From Anaerolineales bacterium (lineage in GTDB: Bacteria; Chloroflexota; Anaerolineae; Anaerolineales; UBA11579), in assembly GCA_040882365.1 (NCBI GenBank), contig JBBEBI010000028.1, positions 34,511 through 98,510 of the forward strand: DNA of 64,000 bases, given 5' to 3'. Below are positions 39,437 to 49,422 of this stretch, one piece after another. The position numbers and the translations under genes were made by a program. The notes below the pieces were generated by a model. The model saw only the letters and a list, made by a program, of their open reading frames with translations, did not search any database and had not been told where the DNA came from. Position 1 is the stretch's first letter, and each line of letters starts with the position of its first letter.

Positions 39437-40528
39437 TTATTCATCGACCATTCTAATCGGTATGGCCTGATTTTGCGTGGTCAAAGCGGCTGCAGATGCT
39501 CGGAGAGAAAGATCCGCGGCGATGGCCTTCAACGCCTGGGCGGCCGCAGAATCGGGATGGCTATGCACGATCGGCTTGCCGCCATCGCTGCCAGCCCGCA
39601 CTTCTGACTCCAGCGGGATGCTGCCGATGAAGGGCACGCCGAATTCCTTCGCCAGCATCTCTCCGCCACCGCGACCGAAAACTTCCATGCGTGTCCCGTC
39701 GGGCAGGTCCATGTAGCTCATATTCTCGATGATGCCCATAAGCGGCACGCGCAGTTGGCGGAACATCTCGGCGCCGCGGCGCGCATCATCTACGGAGACC
39801 TTCTGCGGCAGTGTGACGATGACACCACCGCTGAGCGGGGTGGTCTGCGCCAGAGAGAGTTGCACGTCGCCGGTGCCTGGCGGCATGTCGATGATCAGGT
39901 AATCCAGCTCGCCCCACTCCACATCATTCATGAACTGGCGCATGGCGTTATGCAGCATGGGCCCGCGCCACACCATGGCTTGCTCGGGTTTCACCAGGAA
40001 GCCGATGGACATGAGCTTCACGCCATAAGCTTCTGCAGGAGCCAAGCGGCCGCTGCCATCCGGCGGCACAGGCAGATGATCCACCCCCATCATGGTGGGG
40101 ATGTTGGGGCCGTAGATATCCGCGTCCAGCAATCCAACGCGTGCCCCAGCTTGCGCCAGGGCCACGGCCACATTGGCCGCCACGGTGCTCTTGCCTACCC
40201 CACCCTTTCCGGAGGCAACGGCCAAGACGTTCTTGACACCGGCGGCCAGCCCCGTCCGCGGCCGACCGTCGGAAGGAACTTCGGCACTCAACTCGATTTT
40301 TACTTTGGATGCGCCGGCTTTTTGCAATGCAACATTCACCTGCTGTTCGATTTGTTCTGCAAACGGATGTGAAGGCGTAATGAGCACAAGGCGCAGGCTG
40401 ACTTCCGTCCCCTTAATGTGCAGATCGCGCACCGCATCCAACATCATCAGATCTCGTTTAAGCGCAGGATCCTGAACCGAGCTTAGTGCGGCGAGCGCTG
40501 CCTCTTGGGTTAGTTGGTCTTTCGGCAT
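39437..40528 (-). CDS. mrp: Mrp/NBP35 (ApbC) Fe-S carrier ATPase
   Basis: VASGKGGVGKST, DADIYGP, WRGPM, DMPPGTGD, ENMS; N-terminal FeS_assembly_P-like domain. Confidence 0.93.
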   Translation of the reverse strand: MPKDQLTQEAALAALSSVQDPALKRDLMMLDAVRDLHIKGTEVSLRLVLITPSHPFAEQIEQQVNVALQKAGASKVKIELSAEVPSDGRPRTGLAAGVKNVLAVASGKGGVGKSTVAANVAVALAQAGARVGLLDADIYGPNIPTMMGVDHLPVPPDGSGRLAPAEAYGVKLMSIGFLVKPEQAMVWRGPMLHNAMRQFMNDVEWGELDYLIIDMPPGTGDVQLSLAQTTPLSGGVIVTLPQKVSVDDARRGAEMFRQLRVPLMGIIENMSYMDLPDGTRMEVFGRGGGEMLAKEFGVPFIGSIPLESEVRAGSDGGKPIVHSHPDSAAAQALKAIAADLSLRASAAALTTQNQAIPIRMVDE

Positions 40529-40604
40529 ATGTCTATATTGTAGTCGCCAGGACCAGCCTACTGGGCGCCTGACCTCTTCGTGGAGGTTTTCGAAATTTAA
40601 TGGA

Positions 40605-40913
40605 TTACCACTTCCCCACGTCTGCGTGCGCCCTCTCGACCCCCTTCAACAGCATCCTCTCTCCACCGCGGTAACGCCGTACTGCGTCCTGGGCGCAAAG
40701 CGTACAACCTTTCATGGCACGGAACGAATCGGCATTGCAATTGTGGCAGCCATTCACCCGCGCCATGGCCAGCACAAAGCTAATCGCCTCTATGGAATCC
40801 GGGGCAGCCTTGGCGGCCTTGTCCACGGCCTTGCGCCAAGCGGGACCATGCAGGTCTCGCAAAGCCGGGGTTACGCGCAGTGGAAAAATGATCTCAGTGT
40901 CTTCGTTATACAC
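40605..40913 (-). CDS. Small hypothetical protein with CxxC-x10-CxxC
   Basis: 102 aa, GCHNCNADSFRAMKGCTLC; directly downstream of nuoI. Confidence 0.75.
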   Translation of the reverse strand: MYNEDTEIIFPLRVTPALRDLHGPAWRKAVDKAAKAAPDSIEAISFVLAMARVNGCHNCNADSFRAMKGCTLCAQDAVRRYRGGERMLLKGVERAHADVGKW

Positions 40914-40952
40914 GTAGTTGCGAGGGCGCCGACAGGCGCCCGAAGCAATCTC

Positions 40953-41591
40953 CTAGCTGCTTTGCGCCGGAGCCGCAGGCATCGCCCTGGCTGCAGCCGC
41001 CTCAGCCTTCTTGGCGGCCTCGGCTGCACGGACGGCTTCCTCCCGGCCATAATTGGTCGGGCGGATATCGGCATAGTATGAAACCGGCTTGGAAAGCTTC
41101 TCTTTGTTGTAGATATGCTCGATATGCCGGTCGAACGCAGCCAACTCGTAATCGTGGTCCATCTTGATGGCATCGAACGGGCAATATTCGGCGCAATAGC
41201 CGCAATTCATACAGATGTCGATATCAATGTAAAACTCGACTGGCTCGGGCACCGGGCGCTTGGTCACCGGATCTTCGGTGCGCACGATCCAAATGCACTG
41301 CGGAGGGCATACTTTGGCGCAAATGCCGCAAGAGGTACAGCGATCGTGCTTGTGGCCCTGCTCATCGACTTCATAAACCAGGAATGGGATGAAGCGGAAT
41401 TCCTCGGGGACTGGAAGCTTTTCCTCCGGATATTGGACGGTGAAAATCCCTTTCGTGTCACTGCTGCGGCGGTGCTCGATGCCTTCGGGTGTGTAATACC
41501 GCTTGCCCATCCAGCGTATATCGTCCACAAAAGTCTGCACGAAGTGGGTCAGTGTCACCCACATGCCCTTTAGAATGCCGATTCCGTACAT
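40953..41591 (-). CDS. nuoI: NADH-quinone oxidoreductase subunit I
   Basis: TVQYPEEK; two CxxCxxCxxxCP ferredoxin motifs. Confidence 0.92.
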   Translation of the reverse strand: MYGIGILKGMWVTLTHFVQTFVDDIRWMGKRYYTPEGIEHRRSSDTKGIFTVQYPEEKLPVPEEFRFIPFLVYEVDEQGHKHDRCTSCGICAKVCPPQCIWIVRTEDPVTKRPVPEPVEFYIDIDICMNCGYCAEYCPFDAIKMDHDYELAAFDRHIEHIYNKEKLSKPVSYYADIRPTNYGREEAVRAAEAAKKAEAAAARAMPAAPAQSS

Positions 41592-41615
41592 TAATCAGTC
41601 TCCAAATCCCATGGC

Positions 41616-43394
41616 TTATCGATCGACTTCGCCGAGCACTATGTCAATCGAACCGAGGTTTACCACCACGTCGGCGATCTTTTGGCCGACGCACATCTTT
41701 TCCAGGATGGTCAAGTTAATGAAGGACGGGGCACGCACGTGGTAGCGATATGGATTGGCCTTACCGGTGGAAACGATATAGAAGCCCAGTTCGCCTTTGG
41801 GCCCTTCTACACGGCCATAGGATTCCCCGGCTGGCACGCGCACCTGGTAAGGGTTCTTGCCCGTCATGATCTCCCCGCCGGAGATCTGTTTGACGGCCTG
41901 TTGCAAGATACGCAAGCTTTGACGCATCTCGTCGACGCGAATCATGTAGCGGTCATACACGTCGCCGTGATAGCGAACGGCGACATCGAAATTGAAGCGG
42001 TCATAAATGCTGTAGGGGTCGGCGCGGCGAATGTCGTAGGGCACGCCGGAGGCGCGCAGCACGGGTCCGGCGGTCGAGAACGCAATGGCATCCTCGGGGG
42101 TGATGATGCCCACGCCTTCACCGCGGCTGCGCACTAATTCGTTGGCAGTCAGATACAGGTCCAGCTCATCGATCTTGCGCGGCAAACGCTCGTTGACCAG
42201 GTCCTTGATCTTGTCCAGCGTACCCGCCGGGAGATCGCGGGCGACACCGCCGAAGCGGAAATAGTTGCACATCATGCGCGAGCCCGCCACGGCCTCGAAC
42301 ACGTCCAGGATTAATTCCCGTTCGGTGATGGCATACAGCGCCGGGGTGAAGAAGGCACCCAGGTCGTTGAGCAGGAAACCGATAGCCCATAGGTGATTGC
42401 TGATGCGGGTAAGCTCAGCCATGATCACGCGGATGTATTCGGCGCGTTCCGGCGGTGCGGATTTTTCGCCCATCAACTTTTCCACCGCCAAGGCGTAGCC
42501 GAAATTGTTGCTCATGGAAGATAGATAATCCAGACGGTCGGTAAACGGCATGTTCATAATCCAGGTATTGCGTTCGCCGATCTGTTCGTGGTTGCGATGC
42601 AAATAACCCATCACCGGCTTAAGCGCCACGATGGTCTCACCATCCAGGCGCACTGCCATGCGGAATACGCCGTGCGTCGAGGGGTGCTGTGGGCCCAAGT
42701 TGACCACCACTTGCTCTGTATCGAAATCTTCGGCGAATTCTCGCCCGGCTCGATCGAGCGACGCGTAGAGGTTCGGGTCGTCGCTTGCTTGAAATCCATC
42801 GGGGTCAAAGCCTTGCGGATACTTTACGTTCTTGCCGAACGGGTTATGGTCTTCGATGCGATACACCTGGCCTTCCGGCCAGCGGTTCTTGAAGGGTTTC
42901 AATTCCTCTTCGAAGTACGGTTCCTTCCAGTCCTTGCGCATCGGGTGGCCGTGGAAGCCTTCCCACATCAGGATGCGGCGCAGGTCTGGGTGGCCTTCAA
43001 ACTTAACCCCATAAAGGTCCCAAGCCTCGCGCTCCTGGAAATCAGCGCCCGGATAAACATCAACCAACGAGGGCACCGCCGAGTTATCGCGCGGGACTTG
43101 CACCTTGTAGACGAGAGCGCCGCCGCCCGTGGATTTGTACAAGTGATAAACAACTTCGATGAAGTTGTTGGCATTGGGCGCCTCGGAATAATAGTCAACA
43201 GCGGTGACGGAGGAGAGGAAGTCGTAACCCATCTCATCGCGAATGGCGGTAGCCACCTCGCGCAGTTTGGCGGCCTCGATAATATGACCTTCATAGCTGG
43301 GGCGCGCGTCGCGTTTCACCGCGCCGGGGAAGCGCTTTTCGAGTTCGGTGGGTTCGGCCGCAGGGGCGGTGGCAACAGGGGCTTGGTCTGTCAT
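41616..43394 (-). CDS. nuoCD: NADH-quinone oxidoreductase fused subunit C/D
   Basis: [27 protein letters not shown] (NuoC); [21 protein letters not shown]-terminal GEVDR (NuoD); no NiFe CxxC motifs. Confidence 0.95.
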   Translation of the reverse strand: MTDQAPVATAPAAEPTELEKRFPGAVKRDARPSYEGHIIEAAKLREVATAIRDEMGYDFLSSVTAVDYYSEAPNANNFIEVVYHLYKSTGGGALVYKVQVPRDNSAVPSLVDVYPGADFQEREAWDLYGVKFEGHPDLRRILMWEGFHGHPMRKDWKEPYFEEELKPFKNRWPEGQVYRIEDHNPFGKNVKYPQGFDPDGFQASDDPNLYASLDRAGREFAEDFDTEQVVVNLGPQHPSTHGVFRMAVRLDGETIVALKPVMGYLHRNHEQIGERNTWIMNMPFTDRLDYLSSMSNNFGYALAVEKLMGEKSAPPERAEYIRVIMAELTRISNHLWAIGFLLNDLGAFFTPALYAITERELILDVFEAVAGSRMMCNYFRFGGVARDLPAGTLDKIKDLVNERLPRKIDELDLYLTANELVRSRGEGVGIITPEDAIAFSTAGPVLRASGVPYDIRRADPYSIYDRFNFDVAVRYHGDVYDRYMIRVDEMRQSLRILQQAVKQISGGEIMTGKNPYQVRVPAGESYGRVEGPKGELGFYIVSTGKANPYRYHVRAPSFINLTILEKMCVGQKIADVVVNLGSIDIVLGEVDR

Positions 43395-43402
43395 GGCTCT
43401 CT

Positions 43403-44059
43403 CTAGTGGGCGGCCGGGGCGGCAGCTTGCGCCGGTGCGGGCTTACTGGCCACTTCTTTGATCAGCGCGCTTTCGCGCGGGTCGATGATATCGGGGCCGA
43501 GGATGGGCACCGGGATTGCCGGGATCTCACCTTTGCGATACCAGCGCACCTTTGTGATCGATTCTTTATCGATCTTTTCCTGGAGTTTCATCAGGCCGTG
43601 CAGAAGTGCCTGGGGTGTTGGGGGGCAGCCGGGTACGTAAACGTCCACCGGGACGTATTGGTCCACTCCAGATACGACGTTGTAGCCCTCTTTGAACGGC
43701 CCTCCCCCTGAGGCGCATGCGCCCATGGCCATCACATACTTGGGTTCGGGCATCTGGTTGTACAAGCGCACGATCTGGGGGATCATCTTCTTGGTGACAG
43801 TGCCGGAGACGATCATCAGGTCGGATTGGCGCGGGCTGGGCCGCATCACTTCCATGCCGAAGCGTGCCAGATCGTAACGGCTGGCCGCGGTGCAGATCAT
43901 CTCGATGGCGCAGCAGGCCAGGCCGAACATCATGGGCCACACCGAATAGCGCCGACCCATGTTCCAGATCTTATCGAGGGTGGTGATGGCGATGTTCTGG
44001 CGCATCTCCGGCGGAACTTCGTAACCGGCCGAATTCACTGTGGGTTTGTTCTCAGTCAT
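43403..44059 (-). CDS. nuoB: NADH-quinone oxidoreductase subunit B
   Basis: [30 protein letters not shown]. Confidence 0.95.
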   Translation of the reverse strand: MTENKPTVNSAGYEVPPEMRQNIAITTLDKIWNMGRRYSVWPMMFGLACCAIEMICTAASRYDLARFGMEVMRPSPRQSDLMIVSGTVTKKMIPQIVRLYNQMPEPKYVMAMGACASGGGPFKEGYNVVSGVDQYVPVDVYVPGCPPTPQALLHGLMKLQEKIDKESITKVRWYRKGEIPAIPVPILGPDIIDPRESALIKEVASKPAPAQAAAPAAH

Positions 44060-44268
44060 ACCGGATTGTTCTCCTCGTACCACTCCTGGTAAATGGCTCC
44101 CAGGATCTCATCGTTGGCCAACTGTGGGTCGTCCGCAAAACCAGGCAGAGCGACCGTCCAGCGAAAAATGTCTCCTAACGAAACCTCATCCAAATTCTGC
44201 TGGGGACGGCTGGCCTTTAGGGCCAGCACGATCTCATATATGGCGTCCCAGTAGAGTGGCTGGGCCAT
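44056..44268 (-). CDS. iscX: Fe-S cluster assembly protein IscX-like
   Basis: LYWD..EI..AL...P......VSL.DI..W...[19 protein letters not shown]...W.EE parallels IscX/YfhJ; ATGA overlap with nuoB. Confidence 0.8.
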   Translation of the reverse strand: MAQPLYWDAIYEIVLALKASRPQQNLDEVSLGDIFRWTVALPGFADDPQLANDEILGAIYQEWYEENNPV

Positions 44269-44293
44269 GTTTGGCCTTTGTTCTTTCGGTCAC

Positions 44294-44356
44294 ATTATAC
44301 ATGAGTGAATTTTCCAGTCAACGGGTATTAATAAGAAAACAAATATTTGCGTAATT
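44294..44356. promoter_or_regulatory. Promoter for iscX-nuo and candidate regulator operator
   Basis: Minus-strand TTGACT (44321-44316), 16 bp, TATAAT (44299-44294); imperfect AT-rich inverted repeat AATAAGAAAACAAATATTTGCGTAATT at 44330-44356. Confidence 0.55.
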
Positions 44357-44383
44357 AGTATATACTTAGAATTGTTTCTCCCA

Positions 44384-44989
44384 ATGCAATCGACCCGTCA
44401 ACGCATACTGGAGTACCTAGACCAGCGGGGCAGCGCCGGGGCTCGCCAGTTGGCCCAGGCCTTCCGCATGACCGCCGCTAACCTGCGCCGCCACCTGGGC
44501 ATCCTGCAAAGCCGCGGTCTGGTTCAGGTGATTGCCCAGCGGCCGGCTGCGGGCCGCGGCCGCCCGGAGCAGGTCTATGCCCTTGCGCCCGCAGCCAACA
44601 GCGCGGATTTGGAAAGGTTAACGCGGGCTTTGCTGGCTGATCTGTCCGCCTCCCCTGCCCGCGGGGGGCGCATCAAACGCCTCGCCTTTCGCTTGGCGGG
44701 TAATCAGGCGGCGCCAGGCGGCCAAACCACCCAGCGCCTGGTGGCGGCCGTGCAGCGCCTCGCGCCGCTTGGATACAAACCGCGCTGGGAAGCGCGGCCG
44801 CAAGGACCACAAGTAGTACTGGGCCGCTGCCCTTACGCAGCCATCATTGGCGACCACCCGGATCTCTGCCAGATGGACTCCCATTTGCTCGAGGAATTGC
44901 TCGGCGCGCCAGTTGAGCAGACGGCAAAGCTTCAGGTTGGACCACAGGGTCTGCCCCAATGCGTGTTTAAGGTGAAGACAGGCGCCTGA
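44384..44989 (+). CDS. SufR-like HTH transcriptional regulator
   Basis: TRQRIL..L wHTH, GRGRP..Y, C-terminal CPY-x9-C...C pattern as in Fe-S sensing SufR-type regulators. Confidence 0.8.
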   Translation: MQSTRQRILEYLDQRGSAGARQLAQAFRMTAANLRRHLGILQSRGLVQVIAQRPAAGRGRPEQVYALAPAANSADLERLTRALLADLSASPARGGRIKRLAFRLAGNQAAPGGQTTQRLVAAVQRLAPLGYKPRWEARPQGPQVVLGRCPYAAIIGDHPDLCQMDSHLLEELLGAPVEQTAKLQVGPQGLPQCVFKVKTGA

Positions 44990-45113
44990 GCAACCTTCAA
45001 CCCAAGCAATAAACGCAGCGCTGCAAGATTTGTCTTAACCTTCCCACACTGTTCTTTTTTGACAAAGCCCCTAATTTCCCCACGATAAAATCGTTCCGGT
45101 TAATAATTGTGCC

Positions 45114-45386
45114 ATGCTCTCAAACCAAAGATCGCATGCCATTCCCGTAAGCCCGGCCGCCTATATCCTCCTATCCGGCCGCGGCGATTATTGGCCATCG
45201 CTTCCTCCAGGGAAATCCGACGAACTGGGTGTCGCTCCATTCGTCAACGGCCAGCAACCACACTACCACACCTACCACATCGACAATTTCTACGTGATCG
45301 ACAACTTCACCACACCTACAACAGAAAGAGCCCACAAGCCCCCGCCTGAAGGCGATTTTCGGCTACGGTCAGATAATTTTTCCTGA
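45114..45386 (+). CDS. Small hypothetical protein (uncertain)
   Basis: 90-aa ORF downstream of an AT-rich promoter-like region; no motif. Confidence 0.3.
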   Translation: MLSNQRSHAIPVSPAAYILLSGRGDYWPSLPPGKSDELGVAPFVNGQQPHYHTYHIDNFYVIDNFTTPTTERAHKPPPEGDFRLRSDNFS

Positions 45387-45425
45387 TGGTAATATTTCTG
45401 GAGCTTTCCCTAGATTTCTTGCCCA

Positions 45426-46490
45426 ATGCGTAATTCCCTCGTTCCCATCCTTTTCTTGCTGGCGGTCTTTCCCGCGCCCACGCTTGCCGCGCCCCACGTG
45501 GAGCCGGCGCCACAAGGCTCCGCCAGCGAAGTCATCGCATTGATCAATGATTACCGTGCCCAAAACGGTTTGCCCGCCTTTGCACAAGACAGCACCTTAA
45601 TGAGTCTCGCTCAGGGGCATTCCGGCTATCAAGCCTCCATTAAGCAAGTAACACACGGGGGGCCGGATGGCTCACGCCCGAAAGACCGCGCCTATGCCGC
45701 CGGCTATGGCAACGGCCAGATCATTTTCATTTCCGAGCTTGTCACCGGTGGCTTTGAGCAGGATTCGCAGGGAGCGCTCACCTGGTGGAAGAATTCTCCT
45801 GAGCACAACTCCTATTTGCTCTCCAGCAACTACTTCGAGATCGGCGTGGGCGTGGCAGCCGATGAGGAGGGGCGTTCCTACTACACCGCCGAGTTAGGGA
45901 ACATCGCCAGCGGCACCACCTACGTTCCCGAGTCCGGCGCTGCCGCACCTAGTGAGCCGCAAGTCGTCAGAGTCCCGGTAGTCAAAGCGGAGCCGCGGGA
46001 CAACGGGGCGTTGGTGCACATTGTGCGCCAGGGTCAAGATCCATGGACCATTGCGGCAGTATACGAAGTCCCGCTGGAACAGCTCTTCGAGCTGAATAAC
46101 CTCAATGCGAATTCCTTCATCTTTCCGGATGATGAGATCATTATCCAGCCGGAAGGATCGGTGCCCACTTCCACCCCCACCTTCGATCCAACCGTGGCGA
46201 GCGGCCCGAAGGCAACAGCAACTGAAGAGTTGCTCACCGCATCGCGGCCCACCATCGAATCCATGGCCGCCGCGGCAGAGGCCACTCCCGCCGCCACGCT
46301 CCCACCGCAAGTCGCGGAAGTCCCACCACTGAGCCCGGAAGAGAAAACCCAGGCGGCCAACACCACGGTCTACTTAGTGGTGGGCGTTGCACTGGTTAGC
46401 ATCATCGGCATCTTCGCTGCCAGCTTCTTCCTGCAACGGCCGCGTCCACCCGAACCGCCGGACAACGATCCCTTCGCCCCAATCGATTAA
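45426..46490 (+). CDS. CAP (SCP) plus LysM domain surface protein with a C-terminal TM
   Basis: Signal peptide; INDYRAQNGL, WWKNSPEH, EIGVG; HIVRQGQDPWTIAAVY LysM. Confidence 0.88.
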   Translation: MRNSLVPILFLLAVFPAPTLAAPHVEPAPQGSASEVIALINDYRAQNGLPAFAQDSTLMSLAQGHSGYQASIKQVTHGGPDGSRPKDRAYAAGYGNGQIIFISELVTGGFEQDSQGALTWWKNSPEHNSYLLSSNYFEIGVGVAADEEGRSYYTAELGNIASGTTYVPESGAAAPSEPQVVRVPVVKAEPRDNGALVHIVRQGQDPWTIAAVYEVPLEQLFELNNLNANSFIFPDDEIIIQPEGSVPTSTPTFDPTVASGPKATATEELLTASRPTIESMAAAAEATPAATLPPQVAEVPPLSPEEKTQAANTTVYLVVGVALVSIIGIFAASFFLQRPRPPEPPDNDPFAPID

Positions 46491-46616
46491 TCGTTCTCGT
46501 GAGGCACAGAGGCGGATCTGAGACCCGCCGTTAGATCCCACAAAAGATAAAGCTGGGGAAGTTTTTTTGCAAACCCAATTACAATTCTTCGTCGCCTCAA
46601 AATTGGTTCCACCGAA

Positions 46617-47351
46617 ATGACTTCGCGCTCTAAGCATCACTCTGTTATACGGGCCGCCATGCTTGCTGGTGCTCGCGATACATTTCCGTTACTCGTCGGC
46701 GCGTGGCCTTTCGGCCTCATCTTCGGCGCGCTGGCGGTCTCGGGCGGCTTTTTTTCGCCGCCGGGCGCGACCGCCATGTCGGCCCTCGTATTCGCCGGCT
46801 CGGCCCAATTCATCGCTGTAGGCCTGGTGGCAGCCGGAACGCCCGCGACCATAGTCATTCTCACCACCTTCGTGGTCAACCTACGCCATATGCTCTATGC
46901 AGCCACGCTGGCCCCTCACCTGAGCAAGCTGCCGGCCCGCTGGCTGTTGCCGCTTGGTTTCTGGCTTACAGATGAATCCTTCGTCGTGGCGGCCAAGCAT
47001 TTCGAAGAATCCAGATCAGATAAAAACAAGCATTGGTACCTGCTCGGTTCCGAAATCGCCATGTACAGCAATTGGCAGTTTGTCACCTGGCTCGGCATCT
47101 TGGCTGGGCAGCAGATCAAGGATCCGCAAAGCTGGGGTCTGGACTTCGCCATGGTAGTTACGTTCATCGGCATGCTGGTGCCAATGGTGAAGGGCCTCCC
47201 CACCCTGGCCGTTGTGCTCGTGGCCGGTGGCGCCGGGCTTTTAGCGAGCGGGCTGCCGAACCAGCTTGGGTTGTTGCTGGCCGCGCTGCTGGGCATCGCT
47301 GCTGGTGTTTCTGCTGAACTCATCTGGCCGGAGCCAGAGGCTAAGCCATGA
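46617..47351 (+). CDS. azlC: Branched-chain amino acid exporter AzlC
   Basis: [26 protein letters not shown]. Confidence 0.9.
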   Translation: MTSRSKHHSVIRAAMLAGARDTFPLLVGAWPFGLIFGALAVSGGFFSPPGATAMSALVFAGSAQFIAVGLVAAGTPATIVILTTFVVNLRHMLYAATLAPHLSKLPARWLLPLGFWLTDESFVVAAKHFEESRSDKNKHWYLLGSEIAMYSNWQFVTWLGILAGQQIKDPQSWGLDFAMVVTFIGMLVPMVKGLPTLAVVLVAGGAGLLASGLPNQLGLLLAALLGIAAGVSAELIWPEPEAKP

Positions 47352-47668
47352 ACGAATTCCTGCTTATCGCCGGCATAGCCGTGGCCACCATGGCCACTCG
47401 CATTCCCGTTTTACTTTGGCTCAGCCGGCGAAAGTTACCCAAGGGTTTGTTCCGCGCCCTCAAGTACGTGCCAGGTGCAGTCCTCTCCGCCATCATTTTC
47501 CCCGCTGTGCTTCTGGCCGATGGCAAATTGGCCCTTCAAGCGGACAATGCCCCATTGGCTGCAAGCGTGATAGCGGCTCTTGTTTCCTGGCGGACGCGCA
47601 GCCTGCTCCTCACCATCATTCTGGGAATGATTACGCTTTTCCTGTGGAAGGCGTTGTCACCAGCCTGA
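47348..47668 (+). CDS. azlD: AzlD-family small membrane subunit
   Basis: [18 protein letters not shown]; overlaps the azlC stop. Confidence 0.88.
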   Translation: MNEFLLIAGIAVATMATRIPVLLWLSRRKLPKGLFRALKYVPGAVLSAIIFPAVLLADGKLALQADNAPLAASVIAALVSWRTRSLLLTIILGMITLFLWKALSPA

Positions 47669-47707
47669 CCAGCCTCACCCTCTAATCCCTATTCCCCAAA
47701 TTCACTC

Positions 47708-47755
47708 TTGACATCTTCTCCGTTACTTATTATTATGTAACCATTCGGTTACGTA
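47708..47755 (+). promoter_or_regulatory. Promoter and ArsR-type operator
   Basis: TTGACA (47708-47713), 17 bp, TATTAT (47731-47736); inverted repeat TATGTAACC-ATTC-GGTTACGTA overlapping the -10 and start site. Confidence 0.8.
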
Positions 47756-47768
47756 TTTAGGAGGACTT

Positions 47769-48239
47769 ATGCTGGCAGCGCATGTCGCAGATAAAAAGGA
47801 AATCCGTTTCGAAATCGAAATCAATGCCACACCGGCAAAGGTATGGGCAAAACTTGCCACGCTTGAAGGGATGAACGAATGGTTGAGCCGCAAGCTAATT
47901 TTCGAGCACAGAATAGGCGGCCGCTTCCAAATGGAGGGCAACCAGCCGGGTGAAGGACCCTACCGCTTCGCGGGTGAAGTCGTGAAGCTGGTACCAGAAA
48001 AAGAATTGGCCTTCACCTGGAAATCGGAATTAGGCGAAGCCGCTGAATGGCCCGTTCACACATTGGTCACCTTCCACTTGGAGCCTGCGGGGGCAGGTAC
48101 CCGCGTGACGCTCACCCATACCGGCTTCGAGGCCCTGGGCGCAGCCCTGGGCAAGAGCGCCTATGAGGGGCACGTTCAGGGTTGGACTATGTCGGAAGCG
48201 CTCAAAGAACTCAAAAAGACCGTAGAGGCTGCCGGCTAA
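47769..48239 (+). CDS. SRPBCC/AHSA1-like domain protein
   Basis: INATPAKVW, L.FTW, TRVTLTH.GF, GW pattern. Confidence 0.88.
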   Translation: MLAAHVADKKEIRFEIEINATPAKVWAKLATLEGMNEWLSRKLIFEHRIGGRFQMEGNQPGEGPYRFAGEVVKLVPEKELAFTWKSELGEAAEWPVHTLVTFHLEPAGAGTRVTLTHTGFEALGAALGKSAYEGHVQGWTMSEALKELKKTVEAAG

Positions 48240-48240
48240 C

Positions 48241-48561
48241 ATGCCGCCTACCGCTTTCCAGGCCGTTGCCGACCCTATCCGTCGCGGCATCCTTGACCTG
48301 CTTCGGACCAGTGGCCCTCTGCGGGCAGGCGACCTCGCGGCCCACTTTCCCCAGATCAGTCGACCAGGGGTCAGCAAGCACCTACGGGTGCTGAGAGGCG
48401 CCCAGCTGTTACAACAGGAACGCCGGGGCCGCGAACTCTGGTACAGGCTCGATCCCCTGCCCCTCAGGCAAATCAAAGGCTGGTTGGGACAGTACCAGCG
48501 GTTTTGGCAGGCTCGCCTGGAAGCCCTGAAGCGGGCCTCTGAGGGCACAGAGAACAATTAG
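48241..48561 (+). CDS. ArsR/SmtB-family regulator
   Basis: AVADPIRRGILDLL, SRPGVSKHLRVL, RRGRELWYRL. Confidence 0.92.
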   Translation: MPPTAFQAVADPIRRGILDLLRTSGPLRAGDLAAHFPQISRPGVSKHLRVLRGAQLLQQERRGRELWYRLDPLPLRQIKGWLGQYQRFWQARLEALKRASEGTENN

Positions 48562-48731
48562 CGACGCATAGCCCCCTTCTATGGCTGATTATAAATAACA
48601 CAAAGGCGGCTAGGACAGTTGCCCCTATTCGTTTGTGAAAAAAAGTATATAGTCAAGTTAGCTCTTTATCAAGGTTCTGCGCAACTATCGGACCTTTACC
48701 ATCCCGCAAAGCCGTTCTCCGAAGGAGTCCC

Positions 48732-49226
48732 ATGGCACAGACTGCGGCCACTTACAGAAAGACCGGCCTATCCAGGTGGCGAGACTGTATGTTCGCCTTG
48801 GGCCTGTTTCTGATTAGCGCCCAGTTCGTTTCGGCGGCTATCCATGCCCATGGTCACGAAATCATCTGCCTGATCCTGCAAATATCTGCCGGGGCAGTTC
48901 TTCTGGCCGCTGCTGGGCTAGGCGTGTTCCTCCTGAGTGCCCCTATTCTCCAAGTCGACCATTTAGGAATTTCCGAGCGCAACCACATGATCAAAGGTCT
49001 GGATTGGGATATGACTTGGAATGAGATTGCCTATGCCGAATTGGTGGGTGAGATTCGTGGTCGCTTGCGTATTATCGGTTTGGAAAGTAATGAGGTGGAG
49101 CACATTCTGGCCGGTTACGATAGGTTTGAAGCCCTCGTCCAGCAAATAAGAAGCGGGTTATGGAAATATGGACGACGAGTGGTTGAATCAGGCCGGAGAT
49201 TCTCATCCAATCCCAAAAGCTTTTAG
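48732..49226 (+). CDS. Hypothetical membrane protein (two TMs plus a PH-like tail)
   Basis: AAGGAG RBS; two hydrophobic segments followed by a W.EI motif. Confidence 0.6.
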   Translation: MAQTAATYRKTGLSRWRDCMFALGLFLISAQFVSAAIHAHGHEIICLILQISAGAVLLAAAGLGVFLLSAPILQVDHLGISERNHMIKGLDWDMTWNEIAYAELVGEIRGRLRIIGLESNEVEHILAGYDRFEALVQQIRSGLWKYGRRVVESGRRFSSNPKSF

Positions 49227-49422
49227 GCCAGAAACCCCACTAAGCCGGCTTACTGTCCAAATGAAATGCATCAAGATTTAATTGCCCTGCTTTCGCCTAC
49301 CTCCCATAAAATGCCGAAGGTTTTGGTCCGCTTGCGCTGAAACGTGTGCATTTTTTGTGCAGCGCGGCGGATGTACACTATGAATCTGTAGAGGGCGATG
49401 AATTAGGTAAAGGAGAGGATCA

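Noticed and set aside
41616-43394. Group 4 [NiFe]-hydrogenase large subunit
   Set aside because: No N- or C-terminal CxxC nickel ligands; it has NuoD quinone-site motifs and ends in GEVDR.
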